Positions 35,685 to 49,558 of a DNA stretch of 64,000 nt are shown here, in pieces. This DNA is from Octopus bimaculoides (lineage: Eukaryota). The stretch is from assembly GCF_001194135.2 (NCBI RefSeq), contig NC_068981.1:87408025-87472024 (forward strand), written 5' to 3'. The notes under the pieces are model-generated. The model ran no database searches, was not told the origin of the DNA, and was given only the letters and a program-made list of their open reading frames with translations. Numbering within the stretch: position 1 is the stretch's first letter; the number at the start of each line of letters is the position of its first letter. The translations under genes were made by a program, and so were the position numbers.

Positions 35685-38600
35685 ATAGACTACCCGTGAC
35701 CTACTGGGTCACCAATAGTTCAAGGTACCCGAAAAAAATCGCATATCTCAGGAATCCATGGTCCGATTTACGCCTAATTCTGTTTGTATTCACATTTCAG
35801 GGGCACCTTACTTTCTGAGTATTTTCCCATTATGCACTGGTTTAGCTGTATTAAATTACAGACAAGCACACAAAACTATCCAGGTACCAGACTTCTGTGA
35901 TTGTTGCGGCAGACTTTTTCCTAACACCAACCACTCAGCAGAGTGGACTTAGTGCTTTTTACGTGGCACAAGCACAGGCGAGGTGAGTAGTGCTTTTTAT
36001 GTGGCACAAGCATAGGAAAGGTCAGTTTTGGCAAGGTTTTTACAGCTGGATGCCCTTCCGAACACCAATCACTTTACAGTGTGAACTGGATGCTTTTAAG
36101 TGGCACCTGCACTGACAGGGTCATCAAGTACTTGCAAGACATAAAAAAAAACTTTAAAAAGAGGAGGAGGCATTAGAGGAGGTGATGATGAAAAGGTTAT
36201 AGTGAGACAGATACAGGTGTTTTGCTGTATAGGAAGTACAAGGTTACCCAGCCAGAGAGAGAAAGATCAGGAATGAAGACAGAAACAGGTGCGCTACCAC
36301 AAAGAAAATACATGGTTGCTCAACCTAAGGGAAGTGCAGGAGAAGGAGAGAGAGAGAGGGGGAAACTGCAGGATGGTGATGGTGGCAAAATGCTGGGCAT
36401 ACTCACAAGGGGCGGGGGGTCAGAATATAAATGAGATGGTTGAGTAAAGGAAAAGAGAGATATAGAGATGGTGGCAAGTGCCAGGGCATACCCTCATGGT
36501 TCAAATGCAATAATATAAGTGGCAGGATATTGCAAAGGAAGTGTGATTAAAGAGTGCAAGTAAGTGGCAATAGACCTGGGTATAGAGTTGGAGGGGCTAC
36601 CAGATAGCAATGATACAGAGGAATAGGGGTGTGAGGACAAGATTGGGGAGTAAGAGTTAGGCATAGTGTATGAAGAAGGAAATGTGAGAAAGAGATGTAA
36701 ATCGGTTTGTTGGGGTAGGGTAAGGAAATAGTTTTCTTGTTATGTGTGGGTGGAACAACCAGGTCGGGAGCTAGCAGATAGCAATAATATAGTGAGACAG
36801 GGCATGTGGGTAGATCGCTCAGGTCGGGAACAAGCAGAGATCAATGATACAGTGGCACAGGGCAAAGAGAACAGGATTGGGGAGAGGAAGGTAATCATAG
36901 TACATGAAGTGGAAATGTAAGGAAGAGAAGAGATGTAGTGATGTAGTTTGGTTTGTTGTGGTAGAGTATGTGAGAAGGTTTTTTGTTAAGTGTGGGTGGT
37001 ACACACAGCGCTTCTGTACAAATATCCAGCCTGTCTCTTATACGAGAGAGAGAGAAAAAAAACAATGAGGATACACTTAAGTGAATCTAATACACTGTAA
37101 GTATAAACAAGTAAGTCTAACAAATTAAAAATATTTACCGCATCTTTGAGTGCATCAACAGCAGCTTCACCATACCGGTTCCTTAAACAAGGTCCACAAA
37201 ACTTAAGTAAAAAAAAAAATTATTGAAATTATAAACGAGGAATACATTTTACAGTTAGTTTATCTTTGAATCAATTAACAATTAGACACAATACACTAAC
37301 TTCTAAAATGTATTCAATCCATAATGTAAAATATATTTAATCCAAAATATGTCTCACTCTTTAGCATTCAGATTACTCTGTCAAATATAATGCTTATTTA
37401 TTTACATTGTTTTGAGTTAATCATGCATTATCTTGTAACTTTATGATTTCAATGATGTGACTGTTTATTTTTAAAATGACATTCTAAGGTAGCATAAAAC
37501 AGGTAGAATATTTGGGCCTGATATGGTCGGTTGAAATGCTAAAGGGTTAACTCATAATGTAAGAGTTGCAAAACCTCCAACTTACTTGACCACGAACACC
37601 AACACAGTTAGATGACCGGCAAATAGTCTTCATATCTGATGTCTTTTGCCGGCACTGATGGCATGTTGTACCCTAAAACAAAAAGAAAAAATGGGAACAG
37701 ATTAAAATTTTGTATTACTAAGTAATCTCATCCAAGCCCATGATTTCATTACTTTATTTAAGGAATAAACAAATATTCACATAGCCAAACATTAGATAAG
37801 TAATTGGTTTGATTGAGTTACTACAATGATCTATTTCTCTTTGCAACCCTATAAGCATAAATAACAGAATGAGCTGTCTACCACATTCCACCCAAAACAG
37901 ATTTGTGAAACTGAACTGGTATTTACATGTGAGAGATACTAGCAGTACCCCAGTACGTAGAGAACCAAACTTTGATCCCTTATTTAAAATAAGACCCCTC
38001 ATCGACTGCGTTAAAAATGCATATAAAACATTTTACAACCTAGAGACATACTTATCCGTCGGTGAGGGCATGGTGAGGTATAAAGGAAGGGTACGCTTCC
38101 AACAATATATGCCAGGAAGGCCCACGAAATGGGAGCTCAAAGTTTGGAAAATTTGTGAAGCAAATTTGCCTGTAAGGTGAGTGACAAGTTTTGATTTAAT
38201 TTCTATTGTAAATTTTAGTTATATATGTTCCTGTGTATTCATGTATGTGTGTGAGTATATTTCATTTAGTTAATGTATTTAATTTTCTAGTTTTCTTCAA
38301 AAACAAATTCCAGCATTTCATTTTATTTTACCTGTTCTTATGTGCATTAAATTCAACTGATAATCTAGTGATGTGCACAATTCTTCTATATTAAAATTTT
38401 GTTGCATACCCAATTGAATATTAGCTGATGATTCATTTTCTATGGTAATGCTTAAACAATTTTTTACATTTTGCTCAGTTTAACTGGATTTACTTGTAAT
38501 TAGAGTCACTTTGAGACAAAAAATATGCAATACAATTAATAACCCTTTCTTCAATTATGTTCCAAATATCACATTAATATGTTGATATGGAAAAAAAGTT

Positions 38601-41600
38601 GCAGTTGTTTAATGAAACTAGTCTAAATTCATGATTATTTTAGAATTTAATTGAAACTCATGAGGGGTGTATCTTGGTCAGAAATATAGTAACAAAAGGG
38701 TTAAAGAATCATTTGGTTTCATTAAGTCTTAAATTTAATAAAATATAAGTTAAAATTTAACCCTTTAGCATTCAGATTATTCTGTCAAATGTAATGCATA
38801 TTTATTCACATTGTTTTGAAATAATAATGCGTTATCTGAAAACTTCAAGTGTTCATTGGGACAATTGCTTATTTGTAGAATAACATTGTAGGGTAGGTGT
38901 GAGAGGCCAGTTTTAATGTAAAACAAGTAGAAAATATGAGCTGGATATGACCAGTTTAAATACTAAAGGGTTAAATTCTCCAAAATTTAACAGCATACTT
39001 ATACTTACACATAAACTGTCGTATTTCTTTTGGCTAACATACTCAGCAACCAATTCTAAATCAGCTTCTGTTATTTCATCAGGGGATTTCACTTTTGGTG
39101 GAACTCGAGCCATTCTTCGATTGTCCAGAAGACATTGTTCACTTGAAACCTACAAACAGCATAAAATATACAATTATATATAAATATGTCTATACAATAT
39201 AAATAGGCATAGGAGTGGCTGTGTGGTAAGTAGCTTGCTTACGAACCGCATGGTTCTGGGTTCAGTCCCACTGCGTGACGCCTTGGGCAAGTGTCTGCTA
39301 CTATAGCTTCGGGCTGACCAAAGCCTTGTGAGTGGATTTGGTAGACGGAAACTGAAAGAGGCCCGTCGTATNNNNNNNNNNNNNNNNNNNNNNNNNNNNN
39401 NNNNNNNNNNNNNNNNNNNNNNNNNNNNNNNNNNNNNNNNNNNNNNNNNNNNNNNNNNNNNNNNNNNNNNNNNNNNNNNNNNNNNNNNNNNNNNNNNNNN
39501 NNNNNNNNNNNNNNNNNNNNNNNNNNNNNNNNNNNNNNNNNNNNNNNNNNNNNNNNNNNNNNNNNNNNNNNNNNNNNNNNNNNNNNNNNNNNNNNNNNNN
39601 NNNNNNNNNNNNNNNNNNNNNNNNNNNNNNNNNNNNNNNNNNNNNNNNNNNNNNNNNNNNNNNNNNNNNNNNNNNNATTTGTGAGAAAAGGGAGGGGGGC
39701 TCTTTCCAAAAAATAGAAGCAGAAAAACAGGAAAAAAAAACCTAAAACGCAGTAAAAATGCACAAACGATTATAGTGGTGTCATGAAGTAAACGTGCTTC
39801 AGATACACTCCTGAGATTGAAATATATCATAAATAACAGTGACAAACAAAATATAGACTGCTAGAAATTGTTGTTGACAAACAACAGCAGTAATTTTATA
39901 CGTCACTGATTGGTTGAAATTACTGAAATACGACAACTTTAACACGAAATAACCTCGTAAATAGAAACAACACTAAGAGTAAAAGATGTTTTATATGACA
40001 CATTCTACCAGTGTCCGAAGTTCGAAAGTGTTTAGTAACAAAAAATTAATTTCCCGATCTGCTGATGAAAGTGAAAAGATCCTATAAGTGGACACATTTT
40101 TCACAGAAAACTGAAAACAAACAATCCTTATATGATGATACTCGTTTACAACCATCACATGATGTCAAGACAAAGATAAACATACACACACATAGAATGG
40201 GCTTCATTCAGTTTCTGCCTATCAAATTCAACCACAAGGCTTTGGTTGGCCCAGAGTTAAAATACAAGACATGCCCAGGGTACCATGCAATGGAACTGAA
40301 CTCAAGACCACATGGTTGGGGCACAAGATTCCTGACCACAGTCACATCTACTCCTATAGCATAATAATCATATCTGTACCACCCAAAATACTAACACAAA
40401 CTGAACACACAAACATGTACATACATATTTTAATGACCACAAACACAACTTTATTGCCATGATTATAGTAATGATAAAATAAAAAAGAGAATATAAGTTT
40501 CACAGTACTATGTAAACAATTACTCACTGTATTATGAAGTGTGTATGGTTTAAACCAGTGTCTCTCAACCTTTTAACTCTTGTGTAACCCTTAAAATAAA
40601 TTACATGTCTCAAGGAACCCCAGCACAAAAAAAAAAATATACTATATCTTTCACATATTTTTTCATCATAGTTCACGTGGTAAATATCATATATATATAT
40701 ATATATATATANNNNNNNNNNNNNNNNNNNNNNNNNNNNNNNNNNNNNNNNNNNNNNNNNNNNNNNNNNNNNNNNNNNNNNNNNNNNNNNNNNNNNNNNN
40801 NNNNNNNNNNNNNNNNNNNNNNNNNNNNNNNNNNNNNNNNNNNNNNNNNNNNNNNNNNNNNNNNNNNNNNNNNNNNNNNNNNNNNNNNNNNNNNNNNNNN
40901 NNNNNNNNNNNNNNNNNNNNNNNNNNNNNNNNNNNNNNNNNNNNNNNNNNNNNNNNNNNNNNNNNNNNNNNNNNNNNNNNNNNNNNNNNNNNNNNNNNNN
41001 NNNNNNNNNNNNNNNNNNNNNNNNNNNNNNNNNNNNNNNNNNNNNNNNNNNNNNNNNNNNNNNNNNNNNNNNNNNNNNNNNNTATATATACTGGTTATAT
41101 TTTTTTTATAGGTTAGATAGGATGATGTCTATATTACAATAACTAATAATATATTGTCCATGTATAATAATATTACGATCATGAAATTAGCATTAGCTTA
41201 TCCCACTCTTTCTCACAAAACCCCTAGGAACCTTTTGTGGAACCCCAGTTAAGAAATGCTGGTATAAACAATGACAAAATAAGCCTTAGTCACTTGCAGG
41301 ATAATTTTGTCTCATATTTCTTCAATTAAAATCAATTTTGCCTTTAATCTACGTGTGGATCTATTGCCTTGCTATATAAATATTATCGTATATGTTGACA
41401 GCTGCATACAGCTGTGCCAATCACTTAAAGTAGATAGAACTTGTAGAAGAGGGAGACTCAGGAAGACATGAGATGAAGTATTGAAGGCCAATCTCAAGAG
41501 ACTGAGCTTTATGAAGATGACAAAGGACTGAGAACTCTGGTGTCCTGCTGTATTCAAGGCCCATTTGCCACAGCTGGCACCAAATAAAAAGCACCCAGTA

Positions 41601-43045
41601 CACTCTGTGGAATGGTTGGCATTAGGAAGAGTATCAAGCTATAGAAGCCATGCCAGAACAGACAATGGGGCCTGATGCAGCCCTTAGCCTTGCCTGCACC
41701 AGTCAATGCCAACATGAAAAACAGACATTAAAATGATGATATATATATATATAGCCTATAAATTCTAAAATAGAAAAAAAAAAGGCTTACAGAATGTTCA
41801 GTATTTTGTGGAGAATCATAGAAAACACACAAAATGAAATTCAGTCTTTTATCTTTTATTTCTTATTTCTTTCAATCATTGGACAACAACCATCATGAAG
41901 GGTTTAAGTTGAACAAATCACCCCAGCATCTGTTTTGTTAAAGTCTGGTACTTAATCAATCTCTTTTGCCAGACTGCTAAGTAATGAGGACATAAACAAA
42001 CCAACACAGGCTGTCAAGCAGTAGAGGAGAGAGGAGCAAAGATAGACACAAAGACACACAAATACACATACACACACAGGGTTTCACACAGTTTCTATAC
42101 ACCAAATTCACTCATAAGGTATTGGTCAGTTCAGAATTATAGAAAACTACTTCAAAGTGATGCACAGTAGGACTGAACCCAAAGCCACATGGTTGCAAAG
42201 CAAGCCTCTTAATGATATAGCCATGCCTAGCACCTAAATGATATTAGAAGAAATGCTATGGTGTTAATTCTGTTTATGGAACAAATACAGAAGGCCCAGT
42301 GGTTAGGGCAGTGGACTCACAGTCATAGGATCGCGGTTTCGATTCCCAGACTGGGTGTTGTGAGTGTTTATTGAGTGAAAACACCTAAAGCTCCACAAGG
42401 CTCCGGCAGGGGATGGTGGTGAACCCTGCTGTACTCTTTCACCACAACTTTCTCTCACTCTTACTTCCCGTTTCTGTTGTACCTGTATTTCAAAGGCCCA
42501 GCTTTGTCACACTGTGTCACGATGAATATCCCCGAGAACTACATTAAGGGTACACGTGTCTCCGGAGTGCTCAGCCACTTGCAGGTTAATTTCACGAGCA
42601 GGCTGTTCCATTGATCGGATCAACTGGAACCCTCAACGTCGTAAGTGACAGAGTGCCAACAACAGAAGGACAAGAGAAACAGGAAAGATGGTAGCTTATA
42701 ACCATATAACCAGTGATTGACAATATGATGTGTGTGTGTGTGTGTGTGTGTGTGAAGGCGCATGGCTTAGTGGTTAGGGTGTTGCACACACAAATGCGAG
42801 ATTGTGGGTTCGATTCCCAGACCAGGCGTTGTGTTCTTGAGCAAAGCACTTCATTTCAAATTGCTCTGTGATCATTTCATCATCTGACATGTGGCACATG
42901 GCGCACCTGTACAGGTAATGTCAATTTGATGGAGGGAGTGAGCTTGTGTGAACACAAACATTTGATCACAATAAACAAATCATGTGTGGTTGTTCAGCAA
43001 GAAACTGTAGAACCCTCATATGTCATCTAACGACAGAAGAGTCCA

Positions 43046-43098
<53 letters not shown>

Positions 43099-43620
43099 CA
43101 CAGGCAGGGGTATGTGAGAAGCTTGTTTCCCAGCCACATAGTTTCAGGTTCAATCCCACTACGTAGCACCTTGGGCAAGTGTACTATAGCTTCAGGCCAA
43201 CCAAAGCCTTATGAGTGGAACCGGTAGACAGAAACTGAAGGAAGCCTGTCATATATATGTATGCATATATCTATGTATGTTTTTGTGCTTGTCTCCCTCA
43301 CCCACTGCTTGACAACTAATGCTGGTGTGTTTACATTCCTGTAACTTAGCAGTCCAGGAAAAGTGACTGATAAAATAAGTAGTACTTTAAAAAATAATTA
43401 GTGGAGTTGATTCATTTGACTAAAAATTTTTCAAAGCTGAAACAAGTAAAGAATATATATATATATATATACACCGAAGTAAGCACGTAAATGTGCAACA
43501 AGGTGGAAAAAAGAGTACTCAAATACCAGAGGTAGAGTAATATGCTTTATTTAAAAGCAGCAGAAATATAACAAAAGACTGTTACTTGGAATTTCACGTT
43601 CCCATTCATCGGACAGTTTT

Positions 43621-43668
<48 letters not shown>

Positions 43669-46600
43669 CCAAGTCAATTATCGCTAAAAAGTTTAATTCA
43701 TTAGCTCAAACAGGGTATTGTATATAGTATAAACATTAAGTACGAGCTTTCTTTTTCTTTTTTTTCTTAACTGTTAAACAACAAAAAAATATCCACAATT
43801 TGAATCATACCTCACCTGAAATGACAAATTTAGCACGAGTTCAATATAAAAAGAAATATGAGAAGCCTGAACACCTGGTTATATAACTGTATGGAAGCCT
43901 ATTAGAATCAAAACATTCATATGGTATTTCTTAAAAAGTCCATTTACATCTTTTGTTATAAATCCATCATATTAATCATATACAATAAATTTCAACACCT
44001 TTTAACTTTAATTTCTGCTTTGTTGGCTTATTTCTTCAGTCATGCTTTAAATCATATAGAGACGGGCAGAGAGATTAAACAACAGGCAGGAGATGAGAGC
44101 CTATAGTAGGCTTAGTGGTAGGCAATGAGTAAATGACCACCACACACACACAGTGAGTGAGAAAGACTCATGGAGACAGAGTAAATGAGAGTAGCGTAGC
44201 GACAAATTCATAACAGCCGGCAATATGACAATGTCGTATTGCCGAGGAAATATGATTGTCATTTTTCCATTGGTTGAAATAACTGCTCATATTTGAATTC
44301 TGAGAATTAGTAAAAGAATATTTTTATGAAATTTCTATTCTTGAGAGTCAAGTTGAGCAATTATAAAAACCCTGGATTTTGGGGAAAACTTTCGTGTCTG
44401 TGGTTGTCTAAATTAATCTACGTCACTCAAATCCAGAGTAATGGTTGTTGCCATGAGAAATACTCTTTAAATGTCTGACACTGACACCTATTTTGGTTGT
44501 CGTGTTTCATTCATTAGTTACGCCTAAGAAATAGCTAGAAAAATAATATATGTAATAATGTTTATAAATAAAATATATAAAATGAAAAAAAAGAACGTTA
44601 CAGATTATTAAACAGAATTAAATATGTTAAACAGGTTGGGAAGAATTGAAGAAAGATGAAATATCATTTTATATATTTTATTTATATACATTCCTAACGC
44701 GTTAGGAAGGGCATCCAGCTGTAGAAACTCTGCCAAATTAGATTGGAGCCTGGTGTTGCCATCCGGTTTCACCAGTCCTCAGTCAAATCGTCCAACCCAT
44801 GCTAGCATGGAAAGCGGACGTTAAACGATGATGATGATGATGATGATGATGATGATACATTATTACATATATTATTCTTCTAGCTAATTTTTGTTGGCTT
44901 AACTAATGAAACACGACAACCAAAATAGGTGTCAGACTTTTAAAGAGTATTTCTCATGGTAGTAACCATTACTCTGGATTTGAGTGACGTGGATTAATTT
45001 AGACAACCACAGACACTAAAGTTTTCCCCAAAATCCAGGGTTTTTATAACTGCTAAACTTGACTTTCAAGAATAGAAATTTCATAAAAATATTCTTTTAC
45101 TAATTCTCGGAATTCAAATATGAGCAGTTATTTCAGCCAATGGGAAAACAACAACCATATCTCCTCGGCAATACAACATTACGTCATATTGCCAGCTGTT
45201 ATGAATTTGTTGCCACGCTACAAGAGGAATGTTTTAATTAGAAAATTATTTATTTTATCATTTTCTATGAGCAGCAAGAAATTTGATAGATAATTATTCA
45301 TGCTGGTCCCCATAAAAAGCACCTATACCAGTCCACATAAAAAGCATCCGTATAGGTCCACGTGAAACACATGTGCCAGTCCATGTGGAACACACCTGTG
45401 CCTAAGTACTCATGCTGGTGCCACGTAAAAAGCATCCAGCACACACTGTAAAATGGTTTGCATTAAGAAAGTCATCCAGCCATAGAAATGAAACCAAATT
45501 AAGCTTGAACTTGGTACAGCTCTCCAGCTTTCGTCAAACTATCCAACTCATGCCAACGTGGAAAATGGATGTCAAATGACGACGATGAAGACATATATAT
45601 TTCTATGTTTCCTGATATCATCCATGGTGTCAAAGGTATACAGTATTATCAATCACATGACAGATCATGCTCTAATCTTTACCCAATTAAGCTGAAATGG
45701 AAATATATTCCATTTTGGACACAGTAGAGAAATGCTGATAAAAGTTTGGTTTATTCTTTGAACAAGACAACCAAGAAAATTGAAAGTCTCATAAAACCAT
45801 GTCAGTGAATAGCAAGCAATAAAGACTAAGACTGCTGCATACTAATTGAATCTGCCATGAGAGTCACTACATAGTTGCTTGGCTTGATAGAAATAGCAGC
45901 AAAATTTCTTTTAAATCACACCCAAATGTCATAGAAATGAAGACTATATTGGATGATGTTATCCCATCCCAGATATAGTATGTTGGAATAAAGGATATGA
46001 TCACCAATGGAACACCTATCGTCGTAGGTCGGCTCAATCAGAGCAGGTTTAGCAGGCCAGTGCTTCCCAACCACATGGTTCCTGAATCAGTCCCACCACA
46101 TGGCACCTTGGTCTAATGTCTTCTACTAAACCCCCAGGGCAACCAAAGCCTTGAGTGGATTTTGTAGACAGAAGCTGAAAGAAGCCTATCGTGTGTGTGT
46201 GTGTGTGTCTGTGTGTGTGTGTGTGAGGGAGAGCGCACATGCAGAAGTCTTTGTCACTCACCACTGCATCCCCATAACTTAGCGATTCAGTAAAAGAGAC
46301 CAATACAATGAGCACTAGGCTTATAAATAAGTCCTGGAGACAAGATAAAAGCTTAATCCCAGAGATTCTACCAAGATAGACTAAGTGTCATAAGATTTTT
46401 GGTCTACTGAATCACTCATCACATTCTGTTCTTCCATAATATTTACACGGAAGACTGAATTTCGAACATTTTGCTGAGTACACACAGTAAAGGAAAAACA
46501 ACACTCTAATCTATAACATCTGTAATGTGATGTAAGATTATACAGAGGTTCAAATTTATGAGAGCCATTACACCCATAAAGAAATGCGTATAAAATAATG

Positions 46601-46963
46601 AAGAGAGGAAATGTCATACTAGGACACATGCACTAACATACTAATTTTCTCACTTTACATTTTACTCTTTTCAGTCATCAAACTGCGCCCATCCTGGGAC
46701 ACAACCGTGAAACGTTTAGCCAAACAAATTAACACCAGTACTGGTGTACTTTTCTTTCACGTTTAGCATTTATTCTACCAGGTTCTTTTGCCAAACTGTT
46801 ATGGGAATGTAAACAAACCAATAGTTGTCAAGTGGCAAAGACATACGAATGCATGTGTGTGTGTGGTATGTGTATATATATATGCATATATATATATATA
46901 TATATATACGTCTGTGTGTGTATATATGTATATNNNNNNNNNNNNNNNNNNNNNNNNNNNNNN

Positions 46964-46998
<35 letters not shown>

Positions 46999-48203
46999 TG
47001 TGTGTGTGTGTGTGTGTGTGTGCTGAGAAGAAATATTCCACGGTCATTGTTACACAGGAGGTAGCAGTTATGAGTGATAAGTCCATTCTGATTGGTATAG
47101 GATATGGGCACTACATGTTACCTCTGACAGTGGGAGGGACCCTCGTGTCCCACTGGTTAGTTACTGCCTACCTCAACCTGGGCAGCCCCTGGTTAATAAG
47201 GCATTGACCCGCCACAGGTCGCCTGCTTCATTGGATGCTTGGAGCTAAGAGTTTGACTTGAAAAACGACCTGCAACCTCTGCACCAGGCAAATAATCAAA
47301 AGACAAGAAACCACCAGTCCTGCGGTTAGCAAGCTGGAACGTCAGGACCATGTGCCCTGGCATATCTGATGACCTACTCAGGGTTGAAGACAAGAAAGCC
47401 AGCCGTCATTGACCGCGAACTAAAGAGACTCAGCACAGACATTGCTGGATTGCATGAGACAAGACTCCCCTCAAACGGTAAACTCAAAGAACAGGATTTC
47501 ACCTTCTTTTGGCAGGGAAGAGATCCAGAGGAACCTCGTCAGCATAGTGTTGGCTTTGTAGTGAGAAACTCATTACTCTCCTCAATAGAACCACCATCAG
47601 GAGGCACTGACCGTATTCTCTCTCTGCGCTTCTTGAGCTCTTCTGGCTCAGTACATCTACTGAGCATCTATGCTCCCACTCTCTACAGCTCAAGAGACCA
47701 AGGACCAGTTCTACAAAGATTTCAACTGTGTCATTAGAAACATAGCAATCAACAAAAACATCTACCTTCTTAGGAGATTTTAACGCTTGCATGGACTCTG
47801 ACCATGACTCGTGGCCCATTTGTGTCGGACATTTTGGCATTGGCAACATGAATGAAAATGGTCAGGGACTGCTTGAATTTTGCACATACCATAACCTGTA
47901 CGTCACCAACACATTCTTTGCCAACAAGCCATCCCACAAGGCATCTTGGAGACATCCAAGATCTCACCACTGGCATCAGTTGAATCTCATCATCACATGA
48001 AAATCCTTTCTGAATTCTGTCCAACTGACCCGTAGTTACCACAGTGTGGATTATGACACAGATCATTCACTAATAAGAAGCAGGATGAGGATTCTGTCTA
48101 AAAAAGTCCATCACTCCAAGAAAATGGGCTGACCACACATTAACACTGTCAGAACCTCGGACCCTACAATGTGAAAATTTTTTGCTGTTTCTATACGAAT
48201 ATA

Positions 48204-48234
<31 letters not shown>

Positions 48235-48279
48235 TATGTGTGTGTGTGTGTGTATATATACACACACACACACGTGTGT

Positions 48280-48370
<91 letters not shown>

Positions 48371-49516
48371 AATTTATACAAATAAGGATCAGATTGTTAT
48401 TTAAAGTACTGATCATATCAGGTGGCTGGCATGGGAATAAAAACCTCATAGGTAATAATTATTATTAAAATTATAATTAAGGGTATCTAAGAGATACCAC
48501 CATGCTAGATATAGTAGCCAATACTTGACTCTAAAACCACATTGAATGTTCATATAGCACCAGGAGATGATTGAAGCTTGAGCCTGATCATGCCATTTTT
48601 CTTTCTGGCTTTACAGTGTAAGCATGGCCACTCCACTAGCAATGTGCACCAAAGAAAAACAAAGAGTAGTGATCCAATTTCTCTGGTCGAAAGACGCATC
48701 AGGTGCTGAAATTCCTCAGAGGCTTTCAGCACAATACGGGGACAGTGCATTACCACGTAGAAGTGTGTACGAGTGGATCAAGAAGTTTAACAGAGGCCGG
48801 ACAATCATGACATACAAAGAGGGAGCAGGACGCCTGTCAAACACCACCACTGACGATAAGATTCAGCAAGCTGGAGAGATGGTATTGGTGAACCAGTTCA
48901 CTGTTACCATCTCTCAGATCACTGCTCTTTGTTCTTTGGTGCACATTGCTCGGGGAGCAGCCATGCTTACACTAAAGTCAGAAGGAAAAATGGCACGATC
49001 AGGCTCAAGCTTCAATCATATGACCACAATAGTACCAACTAAAGTACACATGTGCAGAAGGCAGTGTGACAATAATAAAGATATATTATGGTGAAAGTGT
49101 GGATAATTTTTGACTTCCCCTCATATACCATCTAATAAAATTCTAACCATCTGTCTTCTCAAAGCATTTCCTCCTTGGAAATATCTATCCATTGCTACAT
49201 CCATTGCAATTTCATTATTTATTATTAAAACTATGACTCCAATGATGTCAATCATTCATTGTTGTTCTCTCTCGAGAATTACCTTTACCTCATCTTTGTA
49301 AACAGCTTTCAATAGTATCAGCCTATAATTGGAAATGTACTAGATACGGTAATTTGAACACCTCAATCGTTACACTTATTTTACTGTGCTAATTAAATCA
49401 AACAATTGAACACCTGTGTTAATTCAGTTCTGAGCCATTTAAAAAATAGTTTCTTCTTTACAAAAACAATGAACTAATCAATAAATTAACAAATGTCATA
49501 TATATGTGTGTGTATG

Positions 49517-49558
<42 letters not shown>

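Noticed and set aside
43810-43900. Minus-strand exon-like segment ending CAG|gtgagg
   Set aside because: Stops in all three frames from the nearest acceptor
46381-46480. Possible extra CDCA7 exon ([15 protein letters not shown]...)
   Set aside because: Runs into a stop with no in-phase donor and no CDCA7 similarity
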